DNA of 64,000 nucleotides from an uncultured Gammaproteobacteria bacterium (GTDB lineage: Bacteria; Patescibacteriota; Patescibacteriia; Magasanikbacterales; UBA922). A program made the position numbers and the translations under genes. The DNA is taken from contig CAYSXR010000004.1 in assembly GCA_964435035.1 (NCBI GenBank), positions 676 through 64,675 on the forward strand. Reading direction: 5' to 3'. How positions within the stretch are numbered: the stretch's first letter is position 1; each line of letters opens with the position of its first letter. Below, piece after piece: positions 18,486 to 28,168 of the stretch. The notes under the pieces are model-generated. The model made no database searches. It was not told the origin of the DNA and saw nothing but the letters and a program-made list of their open reading frames with translations.

Positions 18486-19772
18486 ATGACTATAAACTTA
18501 GTAGAAAAAAAATCTGTATCTGCACAGAAAGAAGACAAGAAACAACATATTTCACGACGGATGGTAGTGAAAGATATTTTGTCACTTTCGACACGTACCT
18601 TTAAGACTCGGCCGATGCGTACCGCACTTACGATTCTTGGTATGAGTGTAGGTATTGGTGCGGTATTATTTTTGGTTTCCTTGGGCTATGGTTTACAAGA
18701 AACAGTCTTGAATCGTATTACAAATGCGGATGCGTTACTTAGTTTGGATGTAAGTGCGGGGCAGTCTGAGCTCATTAAACTAGATCGTGCAAATTTGGAT
18801 AAAATGGCACAATTGCCCAATGTTGAAGAAGTAAGTCCAATTACTGCAATTTCTTCTCAGATTACACTTAAAGATTTGACTGGGATTGTGACGCTCTATT
18901 CAGTGAAACCTTCTTTTTTTCGTCTGAGCGGTATTTTGCCGTTTAAAGGAAAGCTATTTGAGGCCACTCAATCAGGAGAAGCTCAGCGAGAAATAGTGGT
19001 TTCTTCAGCCCTTGCAACTATTTTTAATCTGGATCCTGATTCTATTGTCGGAGAAAAAGTTTCTATTACAGCTTTTGTATCGAGGCTTGATGAAACAGGG
19101 AACGAAGTAGTGAGCACTACTATCATCAGTGATCCATTTGTGATTGTTGGGGTAGTTCAGGATGATAAGGAAAGTTTTATGTATGCACCTGAGAGTTTAC
19201 TACAGGATATACATGTAGAAACATATATTGGTGCAAAGATAAAAGTGACTTCTCCTGAGGTAATGGGTGCTATTCGTGACCAGGTTATTGATATGGGCTT
19301 CTTTGTTTCTGCATTACAAGATACTATTGACCAGGTTAAAAAGATTTTTGCGATTGTTCAGATAGTGTTGGGTTTATTTGGACTTGTTGCTCTAATTGTA
19401 TCGGCGATTGGAATGTTTAATACTATGACCGTACTTCTTATGGAACGTACGAATGAAATTGGTATTATGCGCTCAATTGGGGTTACGAGAAATGATGTAC
19501 GAAAACTTTTTATGGTTGAGGCTATGGTGATGGGTTTTTTGGGAGGATTAGGTGGAGTTGCATTGGGACATCTGGGTGGTGTATTGGCTAATTTTGGCAT
19601 CAATTTACTTGCAAAGAATTTTGGAGGACAAGCACTTAGCTTATTTAGTCGTCCAGCTTCGTTTATTGTGGGCATTATTATATTTTCTACTATCATTGGC
19701 TTTATAACTGGCATATTTCCAGCACAGCGTGCTGCAAAAATCAAGCCACTCGACGCATTACGGTACAAATAG
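18486..19772 (+). CDS. ABC transporter permease, FtsX/MacB type (periplasmic core domain plus 4 TM)
   Basis: N-terminal TM, large extracytoplasmic domain, C-terminal FtsX-like helices, terminal LDALRYK. Confidence 0.8.
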   Translation: MTINLVEKKSVSAQKEDKKQHISRRMVVKDILSLSTRTFKTRPMRTALTILGMSVGIGAVLFLVSLGYGLQETVLNRITNADALLSLDVSAGQSELIKLDRANLDKMAQLPNVEEVSPITAISSQITLKDLTGIVTLYSVKPSFFRLSGILPFKGKLFEATQSGEAQREIVVSSALATIFNLDPDSIVGEKVSITAFVSRLDETGNEVVSTTIISDPFVIVGVVQDDKESFMYAPESLLQDIHVETYIGAKIKVTSPEVMGAIRDQVIDMGFFVSALQDTIDQVKKIFAIVQIVLGLFGLVALIVSAIGMFNTMTVLLMERTNEIGIMRSIGVTRNDVRKLFMVEAMVMGFLGGLGGVALGHLGGVLANFGINLLAKNFGGQALSLFSRPASFIVGIIIFSTIIGFITGIFPAQRAAKIKPLDALRYK

Positions 19773-19798
19773 TGAAGATAGTTTTTTTGTCATTACTC

Positions 19799-19836
19799 AA
19801 CTGTGGAATAACCCACAGTTTTTTTCTTTTTTTTAT
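19799..19836 (+). terminator. Rho-independent terminator
   Basis: AACTGTGG-aataac-CCACAGTT followed by TTTTTCTTTTTTTT. Confidence 0.8.
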
Positions 19837-19917
19837 CCCCATATTTAGCGTAATTTTTCTATTATAACATGAGAAAAAGTGGTATACTGTTGTCACGACT
19901 TCGTGTGATAGTTTTTT

Positions 19918-22900
19918 ATGGTGAAATTTAAGAAAAATAAGCAGAAGTTAGTGAAATCACAATCACGTAATTCTAACAGCAAATGGGATTTTGCTGCTTA
20001 TTGGGTTTGGCATGAATTGTTATTATCATATGGTAGACTTCGTAAAACTACCAAAACTCGTACAGCAAAAAAAGAACTTAATGCTCTTGGTAAACAAATC
20101 ATGCGTCATTATGTAAAAAACTTTGTTTATTTTCCTGTTTGGCTTTTTAAATTTCTTACGCCTTCATATCTTAAAGGTCCAGTAAATGTATGGACCAATT
20201 TACGTACCATTCTCCGAAGTTCTGAATTTCGTCCTCTTCGACTCGCGGTGGTTTCACAGGCAGTCTTTTGTTTTGTTTTTATTAGGTTGGGAATGCTTAT
20301 TTTTTATAACCTTTCAACTCCAGCTGATGCTGCTACGTTTGGATGGATACAGACTACGTGGACTGGGGGAGTCTCGACTACTGTTGCAGCTACGCATTCG
20401 AGTGATCGAACTGGCTGGACGACATATGCGAGTTCTACTCAAGTGAACACTACTGTTTCATCTGGAAATATTACTATTGCAACTTCATCATACATAACGA
20501 CAGATGATAGCACACTTAGTACTGATGGTCTTGCAAGTGGTGGTGGATTTGCAAATGGTGTCACCTCTAGCGTGGTAGTGAACGGCGGAGATGTTACTCT
20601 AGGTATTGCATCTGCTGGTGGAGAAATTAATCAGTGGGATGCTACTCCATATAATCTTCCTGCTACTATTAGTGGTACCGAAGATGGTAATGGAGTTATG
20701 GTGACTGATGGCGTTGATGCTTTTTATATCCTTCGTGGGGGTGGAACGACTGGGTTTTATAAATTTATTCCTTCTGATAAAACAACGAGCACTCTTACCT
20801 CTGTGCCTACCTCTATACCTCCCAATGGGGGTGGGGGAACGGTTGCGTTGTCTGGTGATTATATTTATCTGTATTCTGGAGGTAATAGTAATGTTAAATT
20901 TTACGCATATTCGATTTTGGGGAATTCATGGACTACTCTTACTAATCCGCCTAGTTCACCTTATGGTGACGGTATTGGTAGTACCATGGCTGTTGATGCT
21001 TCAGGAAATATTTATTTTGCAGCAGGTGGAGCAACAACAAATTTTTTAAAGTATACCGTAACTTCAAGTGCTCCGTATGGGGCATGGAGTGTGTTGTCTA
21101 GTATTGGAAATTCTGTGGGAAGAGGCTCTCGAGCAATATATGATAGTGAGAATAATGATATCCTTATCCTTACAGGTAATAATGGTCATACCATAAGTAA
21201 GTACGATATTGATTTAGGTACGATGACTAATTATGCTGGTGCTCCTAATGACCCTGGATTTACGTCGGGTGCTTCGATGGTAAAAAATGATGACAACGAT
21301 ATTGTATATGCAATTACCGGTCAAAACTATGCATGGCTTGAGAGATTGAATTTGAATAGTGGCACATGGGCATCAAGACAAACTTCTTCAACACCTGCTG
21401 CAGGAAATACAGTGGGGTATATGATACATAAACCTGGAGAAAACAGGATTTATACCACATTTGGAGGAACTAGTTTTTACTATTTACGACCACAACAAGG
21501 GGATTGGCAGTTCACTACCACGACTAAGCCAATTCCTGGATCAATCGGTGCGGGTGCTACCATGATTCGTCACAATAATGATGAAATTTATGTATTGGCT
21601 GGGGGAGGGAGTAGTGCTATTTATCGTTTTGCTATTAATGCGGGTACTCAATATACAGCTACAGGTACACTTACTTCTGCAACAATTGATCTTAAATATG
21701 CAACTTCTACTCGGATTTCATGGTCCTCGAGTGCGCATGGTCAGACTGGGTCAAATCCAGTAAAGTTTCAAGTTGCCGCAAATACGGATAATGCTACCTG
21801 GAGCTATGTAGGTCCTGATGGAACTTCAGGAACGTACTTTACTAGTTCTAATACTGCATTGCCTGGATCATTGAATGGAAAAAGATATTATCGATATCGA
21901 GCCTATTTAACTACTGCAAATACTTCATTTACTCCTACACTTAGTAGTGTTACTTTTACGTATCATAGTTATTTGACTTCTGGTTCACTCGCGTCAAATC
22001 CTTTTAATGCTGAAGATGACACTAATGTGCTCGCTGCGGTTTCGTGGGCGGGAAGTGTTCCGGCGGGTACCGTGATTAAATTCCAAGTGCGTACTAGTCC
22101 TGATAATGCAGTCTTCACTTCATGGATGGGTCCGGATGGAACTTCTGGTACGTATTTTACTGACAGTAGTGGTGCGCAAACGATGCCTGCTCTGTTGACC
22201 GATGGGGAAGATGATCGTTGGATTCAGTATAAAGTATTTTTTGAATCTGATGGAACAGGAACTCCGATTCTTGAACAAAGTACACTTACGTATGTAGTGA
22301 ATGCACCTCCGGAGATTACTATTACGAATACGGTTTCTACTACTTCCAGTGGTGTTGTAGTGGTGAATTATGACGTGCGTGATATTGATAGTGCAACGGG
22401 TGCTACGCCTGGTGTGGTTGCTGTTGCGCTTCAGTATTGTACGGCGAGTTGTTCAAGTGTGGGGAATGAGGTGTGGGCTACAGCAGTAACTTCAAGTTTG
22501 TCTGGTACGTTTGGTTCGAGCGTTGCAGTGGATACTGTTTCGACTACTCAATATACAAGTTATTCATTGACTTGGACTCCCACTAGTTCTTATAATAACC
22601 AGTATAATGGATCGAATTTTAAAATCCGTCTTCGTGCGAATGATTCTGAGGCGGCAAATAATATCGGGGTTGATGAGTCCAATACTTTTGTATTGGATAC
22701 TACTGATCCTTTACCTTCAATTATTATTGATGGGAGAAGTATTGCGACCAGTACACTTTCGATTAGCGTTACTGATGATACAATGGCAGGATTAGAAATG
22801 AAATTATCAAACGACAGTGACCTATCTTCGGATGGATTAAATGGAAGTTCGGGTACGTGGATTCCGTATACAACAACCTCGACGTGGAATTTGGGTACTG

Positions 22901-25900
22901 GAGGAACAACGGTCTATTACCAGGTTAGGGATGCATTTGGAAATATCTCTGCAAATGGTATTATCTCATCTGCAGAGACTCCTGAAATTCCTGGAAATTT
23001 ATTTTTTAAAGATATTTCGAACTCTGATACTTTGGAATGGCGAGAATTTATTGCATGGCAAATTATTGATGATCCGACTCCTGGATTTGCACAATACGCA
23101 ATTTATCGTTCAAGCGATGGTATTAATTATACTGAAATTGCTACTCAAGTATCACGTATTATTAATTATTATCTTGATACTGATATTGATACAGGAACGG
23201 TTTATTATTATAAAGTTACTTCAGAAGATAGCGATGGTAATATTTCGGCATTTTCGACTATTGTATCTGATAATCCGAATGGAACGGGAGGAACTGATGT
23301 GTCTGCGCCGACTATTTCCAATGTTACGACGAGTTCGATTGGTTCAAATTCAATTACGATTACCTGGGAGACTGATGAAGTTTCTGATTCGTATATTGAT
23401 TATACGACTGAAGAGGGAAGTGACTTTAGTAATGTGGATACGGTAGGTCTGACGACGATGCGAAATAATGCTGCAGGACTCGGTATTCATATAGTTTCTC
23501 TCACGAATCTTGCACCAAACACGACATATTATTTCCGTGTACGATCTCTCGATCCTGATGGTAATGAGGGAATTGGCACGCAAGCTCCTAATGGATACGT
23601 ATACACGACGCTCACTGGACCGATTATTTCAGATGTTTCAACTGCTGAAATTCGAAATACTCAGGCAACAGTTACATGGAGTACTGATCAGGATAGTGAT
23701 TCGTATGTAGTTTTTTCTACCTCTTCAAGTTTTACTGCGTCTTCGACTGTAGGTTCACCTCTCACTGTGTCATCGCATGAGGTAGTTCTGCCTTCGCTTC
23801 TTCCGGGGACTACGTATTATTATTATGTTCAATCTGGGCAAGTAACTGATAAGAATACTATCGAAGGGCAGCATGAATATTATACGTTTGAAACCACTGC
23901 GGATATTACGGCTCCAGTAATTACGTTTGATTCTGGGGGAGACGTGGTTGTGTCTGATACTTCATTGGTAATTACTTTTAGCACCAACGAGACTGCAACT
24001 TCTACGATTAATTATGGTACGAGTCTTTCATATGGGTCTGTGATCGCTAATAATAATCTTAATTCTGACCACCGTTACGTATTTACTGGACTTCTTCCAG
24101 GTACTGCATACTATCTGAGTATGCGTGTTGCGGATGTTGATGGAAATATATCAAGCGCCCTTCAATTTAGTGTTACTACTACTGATAGTGCAGATTATAC
24201 TCCGCCTATCATTACGAACGTAACTTCGAGTGTGGTGACTGATGATGAAGCACTTATACTCTGGTCAACTGATGAGGGCGCTACTGGAAAAGTGTATTAT
24301 GGTACGACGAGCACGGTATACACTGAATCAAGTGATTTAGTTTCAACTTACAATCGTGAACATTTTATGACTCTCAGTGGGTTGACTACTTCAACAGAGT
24401 ATTTTTATGTAGTTGTATCAGCTGATGTAAGTGGAAATAGTAGTACTTCAACTGAGTATTCATTTACCACTCTCGAAGAATTATCTGAAGAAAGCGAAGT
24501 GCGATTGCGTGAAGAAACTGCGTACGCACAAGGGCTCGCCGATGGTACTCCACCACCAGATTTTGTGGCACCAATCATTTCGAATGTTACTTCGACGGTG
24601 GTGACTGATGATGAGGCTCTTATTATCTGGTCGACTGATGAGGGTACAACGGGACGGGTTCATTATGGTACCACTCCTTCAACGTATACTGAATCAAGTG
24701 ATTTAGTTGCTACATTTAATAGTGCGCATGCAATTACCCTTCATAATCTTACTACTTCTACGCAATATTATTTTGTTGTAGTGTCTGCTGATTCTAGTGC
24801 AAATACTTCTACTTCTGGCGAATATACGTTTACCACACTTGAAACACTCTCAGAAGAAAGTGAAGTGTTGCTTCGTGAAGAGGCTGCTCGAGCAGAGGGT
24901 GTAGTACAAGGGTCTGCAACAGTACCATCAAGTGGTGGGGGAGGAAGTTCTGTTGATCGAACACCTCCTATTATTTCTGATGTGTTGGTGAACAATATCG
25001 CCTCTGATTCTGCTACGATCAAGTGGAATACGAATGAAAATGCTAATACATTGGTAGAATTTGGAAAGACCATTGAATATGGTCGAGGCTCACTCGATCT
25101 TGAAAATGTACAAGTACATACGATTGATTTGGTTGAATTACTTCCTCTCACTACTTATTTTTATCGAATAAGCTCAATTGATACTACAGGTAATCGAAGT
25201 AGCCCAGTAACCGGATCGTTTACCACTGTTTCACTCGCTGAAGAAATTGCATCAAGTACCGAAAATATTATTGAAGATATTGCAGCAGACGAAAAAAATA
25301 CTGATGCTGCAGAGGAATTGTTTCTCTCTACTATCGAAAAAGCTGGACAAATTATCAAGAGTCTCGCTGGTCGTGTGAGTGTTGGTGTACTTGAGACATC
25401 ATTACTTGCTCAGGCACAGATTATCGAACAATTGTCTGACATTTTGCCATTACCTATTATCGGTGGACAGCCTGTAGTTGATGCAGGATCGAATTATGCT
25501 ACAGTTTCGTGGAGTACTGATAAAAATGCAAATTCATTGGTTGAGTTTGCGCCTGAAGGAGAGTTTTTGTCTGATAAGACCTATGATCAGACGGTAGGAG
25601 AGCCTACGGCTTCCCGAACTGGGCATGTGGTTGAAGTGAAAGGATTGCTTCCTGATACGGTATATCATTATCGTGTGGTTTCTCGTACACAAACGGGATC
25701 TGAAACAAAGTCTCAAGATTTTGTATTTAGAACGAAATCTCAAACTAACGAAATTACGAATTACAATGTAGTTGTTCTCTCTCCTGAAGAAGTTTCTTTT
25801 TCTTGGAATACCACGGTACCTACCGATTCTGCAGTTGTGTACACACCTTATCGAAATGGGGTACCTCAGATTGAGGCACGGCAAGTAGTACGACAAGCTG

Positions 25901-26424
25901 GACTCACTACACAGCATTCTCTTAAGGCTGTAGGATTTGAAGCAGGTGTTCTCTATGATGTTGAATTGCTTGGTACTGACACAGGAAACAATGTATCGAG
26001 TAAGGTAATTAAAGGCTTTACTACCGAAGGAGAGGATCTTGTGCCAGTGATTTCCCAGATACAGACTGATGCGGCGATTGTACCTGGAGGGAAAGAAAAG
26101 ATTCAAATTATTATTTCATGGCAGACCAATGAATTATCAACGAGTAGATTATTTTATCGTAAAGGATTTGCTGCTGATGGTACTCAATTTACCGCAAGCA
26201 CTACTCTTGATCAAAATTATACAAAAAAACATGTGGTGGTGGTTACGAATTTTGAACCGGGTACCGTCTACCAATTTGTGGTTGAGAGTATTGATTCAAG
26301 TGGTAATACAGGTATTTCAAAAACAATTACTATCCTCACTCCTCAAAAAGAACAATCAGTGTTTCAAGTCATTTTTAGTAACGTAGAAGATATGTTCTCG
26401 TGGGTCGGTAAACTTAGAAATTAG
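19918..26424 (+). CDS. Giant (2168 aa) cell-surface protein with an N-terminal TM anchor, beta-propeller-like repeats and many fibronectin-III / purple-acid-phosphatase-N-like domains
   Basis: Single 6.5-kb ORF. TM segment LAVVSQAVFCFVFIRLGMLIF. Repeated I(T/S)W(E/S)TDE...YY(F/Y)RV FN3-like units. Internal near-identical tandem repeats. Confidence 0.8.
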   Translation: MVKFKKNKQKLVKSQSRNSNSKWDFAAYWVWHELLLSYGRLRKTTKTRTAKKELNALGKQIMRHYVKNFVYFPVWLFKFLTPSYLKGPVNVWTNLRTILRSSEFRPLRLAVVSQAVFCFVFIRLGMLIFYNLSTPADAATFGWIQTTWTGGVSTTVAATHSSDRTGWTTYASSTQVNTTVSSGNITIATSSYITTDDSTLSTDGLASGGGFANGVTSSVVVNGGDVTLGIASAGGEINQWDATPYNLPATISGTEDGNGVMVTDGVDAFYILRGGGTTGFYKFIPSDKTTSTLTSVPTSIPPNGGGGTVALSGDYIYLYSGGNSNVKFYAYSILGNSWTTLTNPPSSPYGDGIGSTMAVDASGNIYFAAGGATTNFLKYTVTSSAPYGAWSVLSSIGNSVGRGSRAIYDSENNDILILTGNNGHTISKYDIDLGTMTNYAGAPNDPGFTSGASMVKNDDNDIVYAITGQNYAWLERLNLNSGTWASRQTSSTPAAGNTVGYMIHKPGENRIYTTFGGTSFYYLRPQQGDWQFTTTTKPIPGSIGAGATMIRHNNDEIYVLAGGGSSAIYRFAINAGTQYTATGTLTSATIDLKYATSTRISWSSSAHGQTGSNPVKFQVAANTDNATWSYVGPDGTSGTYFTSSNTALPGSLNGKRYYRYRAYLTTANTSFTPTLSSVTFTYHSYLTSGSLASNPFNAEDDTNVLAAVSWAGSVPAGTVIKFQVRTSPDNAVFTSWMGPDGTSGTYFTDSSGAQTMPALLTDGEDDRWIQYKVFFESDGTGTPILEQSTLTYVVNAPPEITITNTVSTTSSGVVVVNYDVRDIDSATGATPGVVAVALQYCTASCSSVGNEVWATAVTSSLSGTFGSSVAVDTVSTTQYTSYSLTWTPTSSYNNQYNGSNFKIRLRANDSEAANNIGVDESNTFVLDTTDPLPSIIIDGRSIATSTLSISVTDDTMAGLEMKLSNDSDLSSDGLNGSSGTWIPYTTTSTWNLGTGGTTVYYQVRDAFGNISANGIISSAETPEIPGNLFFKDISNSDTLEWREFIAWQIIDDPTPGFAQYAIYRSSDGINYTEIATQVSRIINYYLDTDIDTGTVYYYKVTSEDSDGNISAFSTIVSDNPNGTGGTDVSAPTISNVTTSSIGSNSITITWETDEVSDSYIDYTTEEGSDFSNVDTVGLTTMRNNAAGLGIHIVSLTNLAPNTTYYFRVRSLDPDGNEGIGTQAPNGYVYTTLTGPIISDVSTAEIRNTQATVTWSTDQDSDSYVVFSTSSSFTASSTVGSPLTVSSHEVVLPSLLPGTTYYYYVQSGQVTDKNTIEGQHEYYTFETTADITAPVITFDSGGDVVVSDTSLVITFSTNETATSTINYGTSLSYGSVIANNNLNSDHRYVFTGLLPGTAYYLSMRVADVDGNISSALQFSVTTTDSADYTPPIITNVTSSVVTDDEALILWSTDEGATGKVYYGTTSTVYTESSDLVSTYNREHFMTLSGLTTSTEYFYVVVSADVSGNSSTSTEYSFTTLEELSEESEVRLREETAYAQGLADGTPPPDFVAPIISNVTSTVVTDDEALIIWSTDEGTTGRVHYGTTPSTYTESSDLVATFNSAHAITLHNLTTSTQYYFVVVSADSSANTSTSGEYTFTTLETLSEESEVLLREEAARAEGVVQGSATVPSSGGGGSSVDRTPPIISDVLVNNIASDSATIKWNTNENANTLVEFGKTIEYGRGSLDLENVQVHTIDLVELLPLTTYFYRISSIDTTGNRSSPVTGSFTTVSLAEEIASSTENIIEDIAADEKNTDAAEELFLSTIEKAGQIIKSLAGRVSVGVLETSLLAQAQIIEQLSDILPLPIIGGQPVVDAGSNYATVSWSTDKNANSLVEFAPEGEFLSDKTYDQTVGEPTASRTGHVVEVKGLLPDTVYHYRVVSRTQTGSETKSQDFVFRTKSQTNEITNYNVVVLSPEEVSFSWNTTVPTDSAVVYTPYRNGVPQIEARQVVRQAGLTTQHSLKAVGFEAGVLYDVELLGTDTGNNVSSKVIKGFTTEGEDLVPVISQIQTDAAIVPGGKEKIQIIISWQTNELSTSRLFYRKGFAADGTQFTASTTLDQNYTKKHVVVVTNFEPGTVYQFVVESIDSSGNTGISKTITILTPQKEQSVFQVIFSNVEDMFSWVGKLRN
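24193..24890 (+). repeat. Tandem duplication of two roughly 366-bp units (about 80% identical) inside the giant protein gene
   Basis: PPIITNVTSSVVTDDEALILWSTDEG...SEESEVRLREE versus APIISNVTSTVVTDDEALIIWSTDEG...SEESEVLLREE. Confidence 0.8.
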
Positions 26425-26448
26425 GTATATATTATCTAGTCTCTTTTG

Positions 26449-26478
26449 TTGACAAAATGCCCTAGTTTTACGTATACT
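26449..26478 (+). promoter_or_regulatory. Promoter of glyS
   Basis: TTGACA, 18 nt, TATACT. Confidence 0.55.
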
Positions 26479-26630
26479 ATCTTTCGATAAGCTGGGGTAA
26501 TGATAAGAGGTGGCTCTCTTTGAACTTTTGGCTTATATTACATAAAAAAGTGTCCCGACTTAGTCGGGAAACTTGGGTGGAACCCCCGGTCGAATGGCTG
26601 GGCCCAAGACCATTAGAGTGGTCTTTTTTT
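26479..26630 (+). promoter_or_regulatory. Probable T-box riboswitch leader (glycine-specific) with an intrinsic terminator
   Basis: T-box-like AACTTGGGTGGAACCCCCGG (consensus AGGGUGGNACCGCGG) followed by terminator AAGACCA-ttagag-TGGTCTTTTTTT. A GGC triplet lies in the upstream loop region. Positioned before a glycyl-tRNA ligase gene. Confidence 0.5.
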
Positions 26631-26632
26631 AT

Positions 26633-26722
26633 ACATTGATTCAAACAGATTAATACAGATTACACAGATAGATGTATTTGTATTTTCAGTTTAAATCCGT
26701 TTGAATCAGTCTAAATCAATGT
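26633..26722 (+). repeat. Family B structured leader element, copy B2, between the T-box terminator and the glyS ATG
   Basis: ACATTGATT...TCAGTTTAAATCCG...AATCAGTCTAAATCAATGT; ends 3 nt before the ATG. Confidence 0.65.
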
Positions 26723-26725
26723 TGT

Positions 26726-28036
26726 ATGTCTCAAGATACCATGGAAGCTCTTATATCATTATGCAAACGTCGAGGTTTTGTTTTTCCTGGGAGTGAAATT
26801 TACGGGGGTCTTGCTAATGCATGGGATTACGGTCCATTGGGTGCGCAGATGAAGAAAAATATTAAAGACTTGTGGTGGAAGCAATTTGTTGAAAGCAGGA
26901 TCGATATGGTTCCCTTTGATGGAGCAATACTTATGAATCCAAAAGTGTGGGAAGCGAGTGGGCACGTGGCAACCTTCAATGATCCATTAGTTGAATGTAA
27001 AAATTGTCATGGTCGTTTTCGAGCTGATCAGGTGGATATTTCCAAAAATTGTCCAACCTGTGGAAAAAAAGATTGGACCGAAGCTAAACAGTTTAATCTG
27101 ATGTTTAAAACGTCCATTGGTCCCTCAGAAGAAAGTGCTAATACGGTGTATCTTCGTCCAGAAACTGCCCAGGCAATGTTTGTAAATTTTAAACAGGTTG
27201 CAAATACGAGTCGAAAAAGACTTCCTTTTGGAATTGCACAAATTGGAAAAGCATTTCGTAATGAAATTACGCCCGGGAATTTTATTTTCCGAACACTTGA
27301 ATTCGAACAAATGGAAATTGAATATTTCATTGAAGAGAATGAGTGGGAAAAATTGTTTGAAAATTGGTTGAAAGATACCTATTCTTTTGCTCGTGCATTG
27401 GGAATCAAAACGGATCTTATGCATGATTTGGAAGTTCCTGAAGATGAACGAGCACATTATTCCAAACGCACTGTTGATATCATGTTTGATTTTCCCTTTG
27501 GACAGAAAGAGTTGTGGGGTCTTGCGTATCGTGGGGATTATGATTTGCGTCAGCATGAAGCACACTCAAAACAATCTCTGGAATATACGGATCCTCTCGA
27601 TAATAAACGAAAAATAATTCCGCATGTGATTGAGCCTTCATTTGGAGTAGATCGAACATTGCTTGCTGTTCTCGTATCTGCATACGAAGAGCAATTGGTA
27701 AAAGAAGGGGATACACGTGTTGTGTTACACCTGAAGCCGGCAATCGCTCCCTATCATGTTGCCGTATTGCCACTCATGAAAAAAGACGGACTTGCTGAAA
27801 TTGCACAGACATTACACTCTGAGTTATTGAAATATTTTAGAGCAGATTATGATGAATCGGGAAGTGTGGGAAAACGGTATCGAAGACATGATGAAATTGG
27901 AACTCCGTTTTGTGTCACAGTGGATTATGAATCAAAAGATGATAATTGTGTCACCGTTCGCGACCGTGATACAATGACGCAGGAGCGGATGAAGATTGAG
28001 GATTTACCTGAGTTTTTGCGAGGAAAAATGATTTAG
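26726..28036 (+). CDS. glyS: Glycine--tRNA ligase (class II, alpha2 type)
   Basis: LCKRRGFVFPGSEIYGG...GPLG class II motifs; about 436 aa. Confidence 0.85.
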   Translation: MSQDTMEALISLCKRRGFVFPGSEIYGGLANAWDYGPLGAQMKKNIKDLWWKQFVESRIDMVPFDGAILMNPKVWEASGHVATFNDPLVECKNCHGRFRADQVDISKNCPTCGKKDWTEAKQFNLMFKTSIGPSEESANTVYLRPETAQAMFVNFKQVANTSRKRLPFGIAQIGKAFRNEITPGNFIFRTLEFEQMEIEYFIEENEWEKLFENWLKDTYSFARALGIKTDLMHDLEVPEDERAHYSKRTVDIMFDFPFGQKELWGLAYRGDYDLRQHEAHSKQSLEYTDPLDNKRKIIPHVIEPSFGVDRTLLAVLVSAYEEQLVKEGDTRVVLHLKPAIAPYHVAVLPLMKKDGLAEIAQTLHSELLKYFRADYDESGSVGKRYRRHDEIGTPFCVTVDYESKDDNCVTVRDRDTMTQERMKIEDLPEFLRGKMI

Positions 28037-28050
28037 TTATAGATAAAATT

Positions 28051-28160
28051 AAATTATTCTAATTATACTAATTAACCTAATTGTTTTAACACTCATAATA
28101 TAGGTTGAAAGAATGTATACGTTTAGGTAAATTAGAATAATTAGAGTACTTAGAATAATT
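28051..28160. repeat. Family A iteron palindrome, copy A3
   Basis: AATTATTCT, AATTATACT, AATTAACCT ... AGGTAAATT, AGAATAATT, AGAGTACTT, AGAATAATT; ends 9 nt before the ATG at 28169. Confidence 0.7.
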
Positions 28161-28168
28161 TTTTACTT

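Noticed and set aside
20186-26386. Alternative-frame ORFs inside the giant protein gene (20186..20446, 20708..21049, 22841..23446, 25534..26106 -, 26069..26386)
   Set aside because: Nested within a continuous 6.5-kb coding frame with clear domain repeats. Their translations are low-complexity (Leu/Ile-rich), typical of off-frame AT-rich artefacts.
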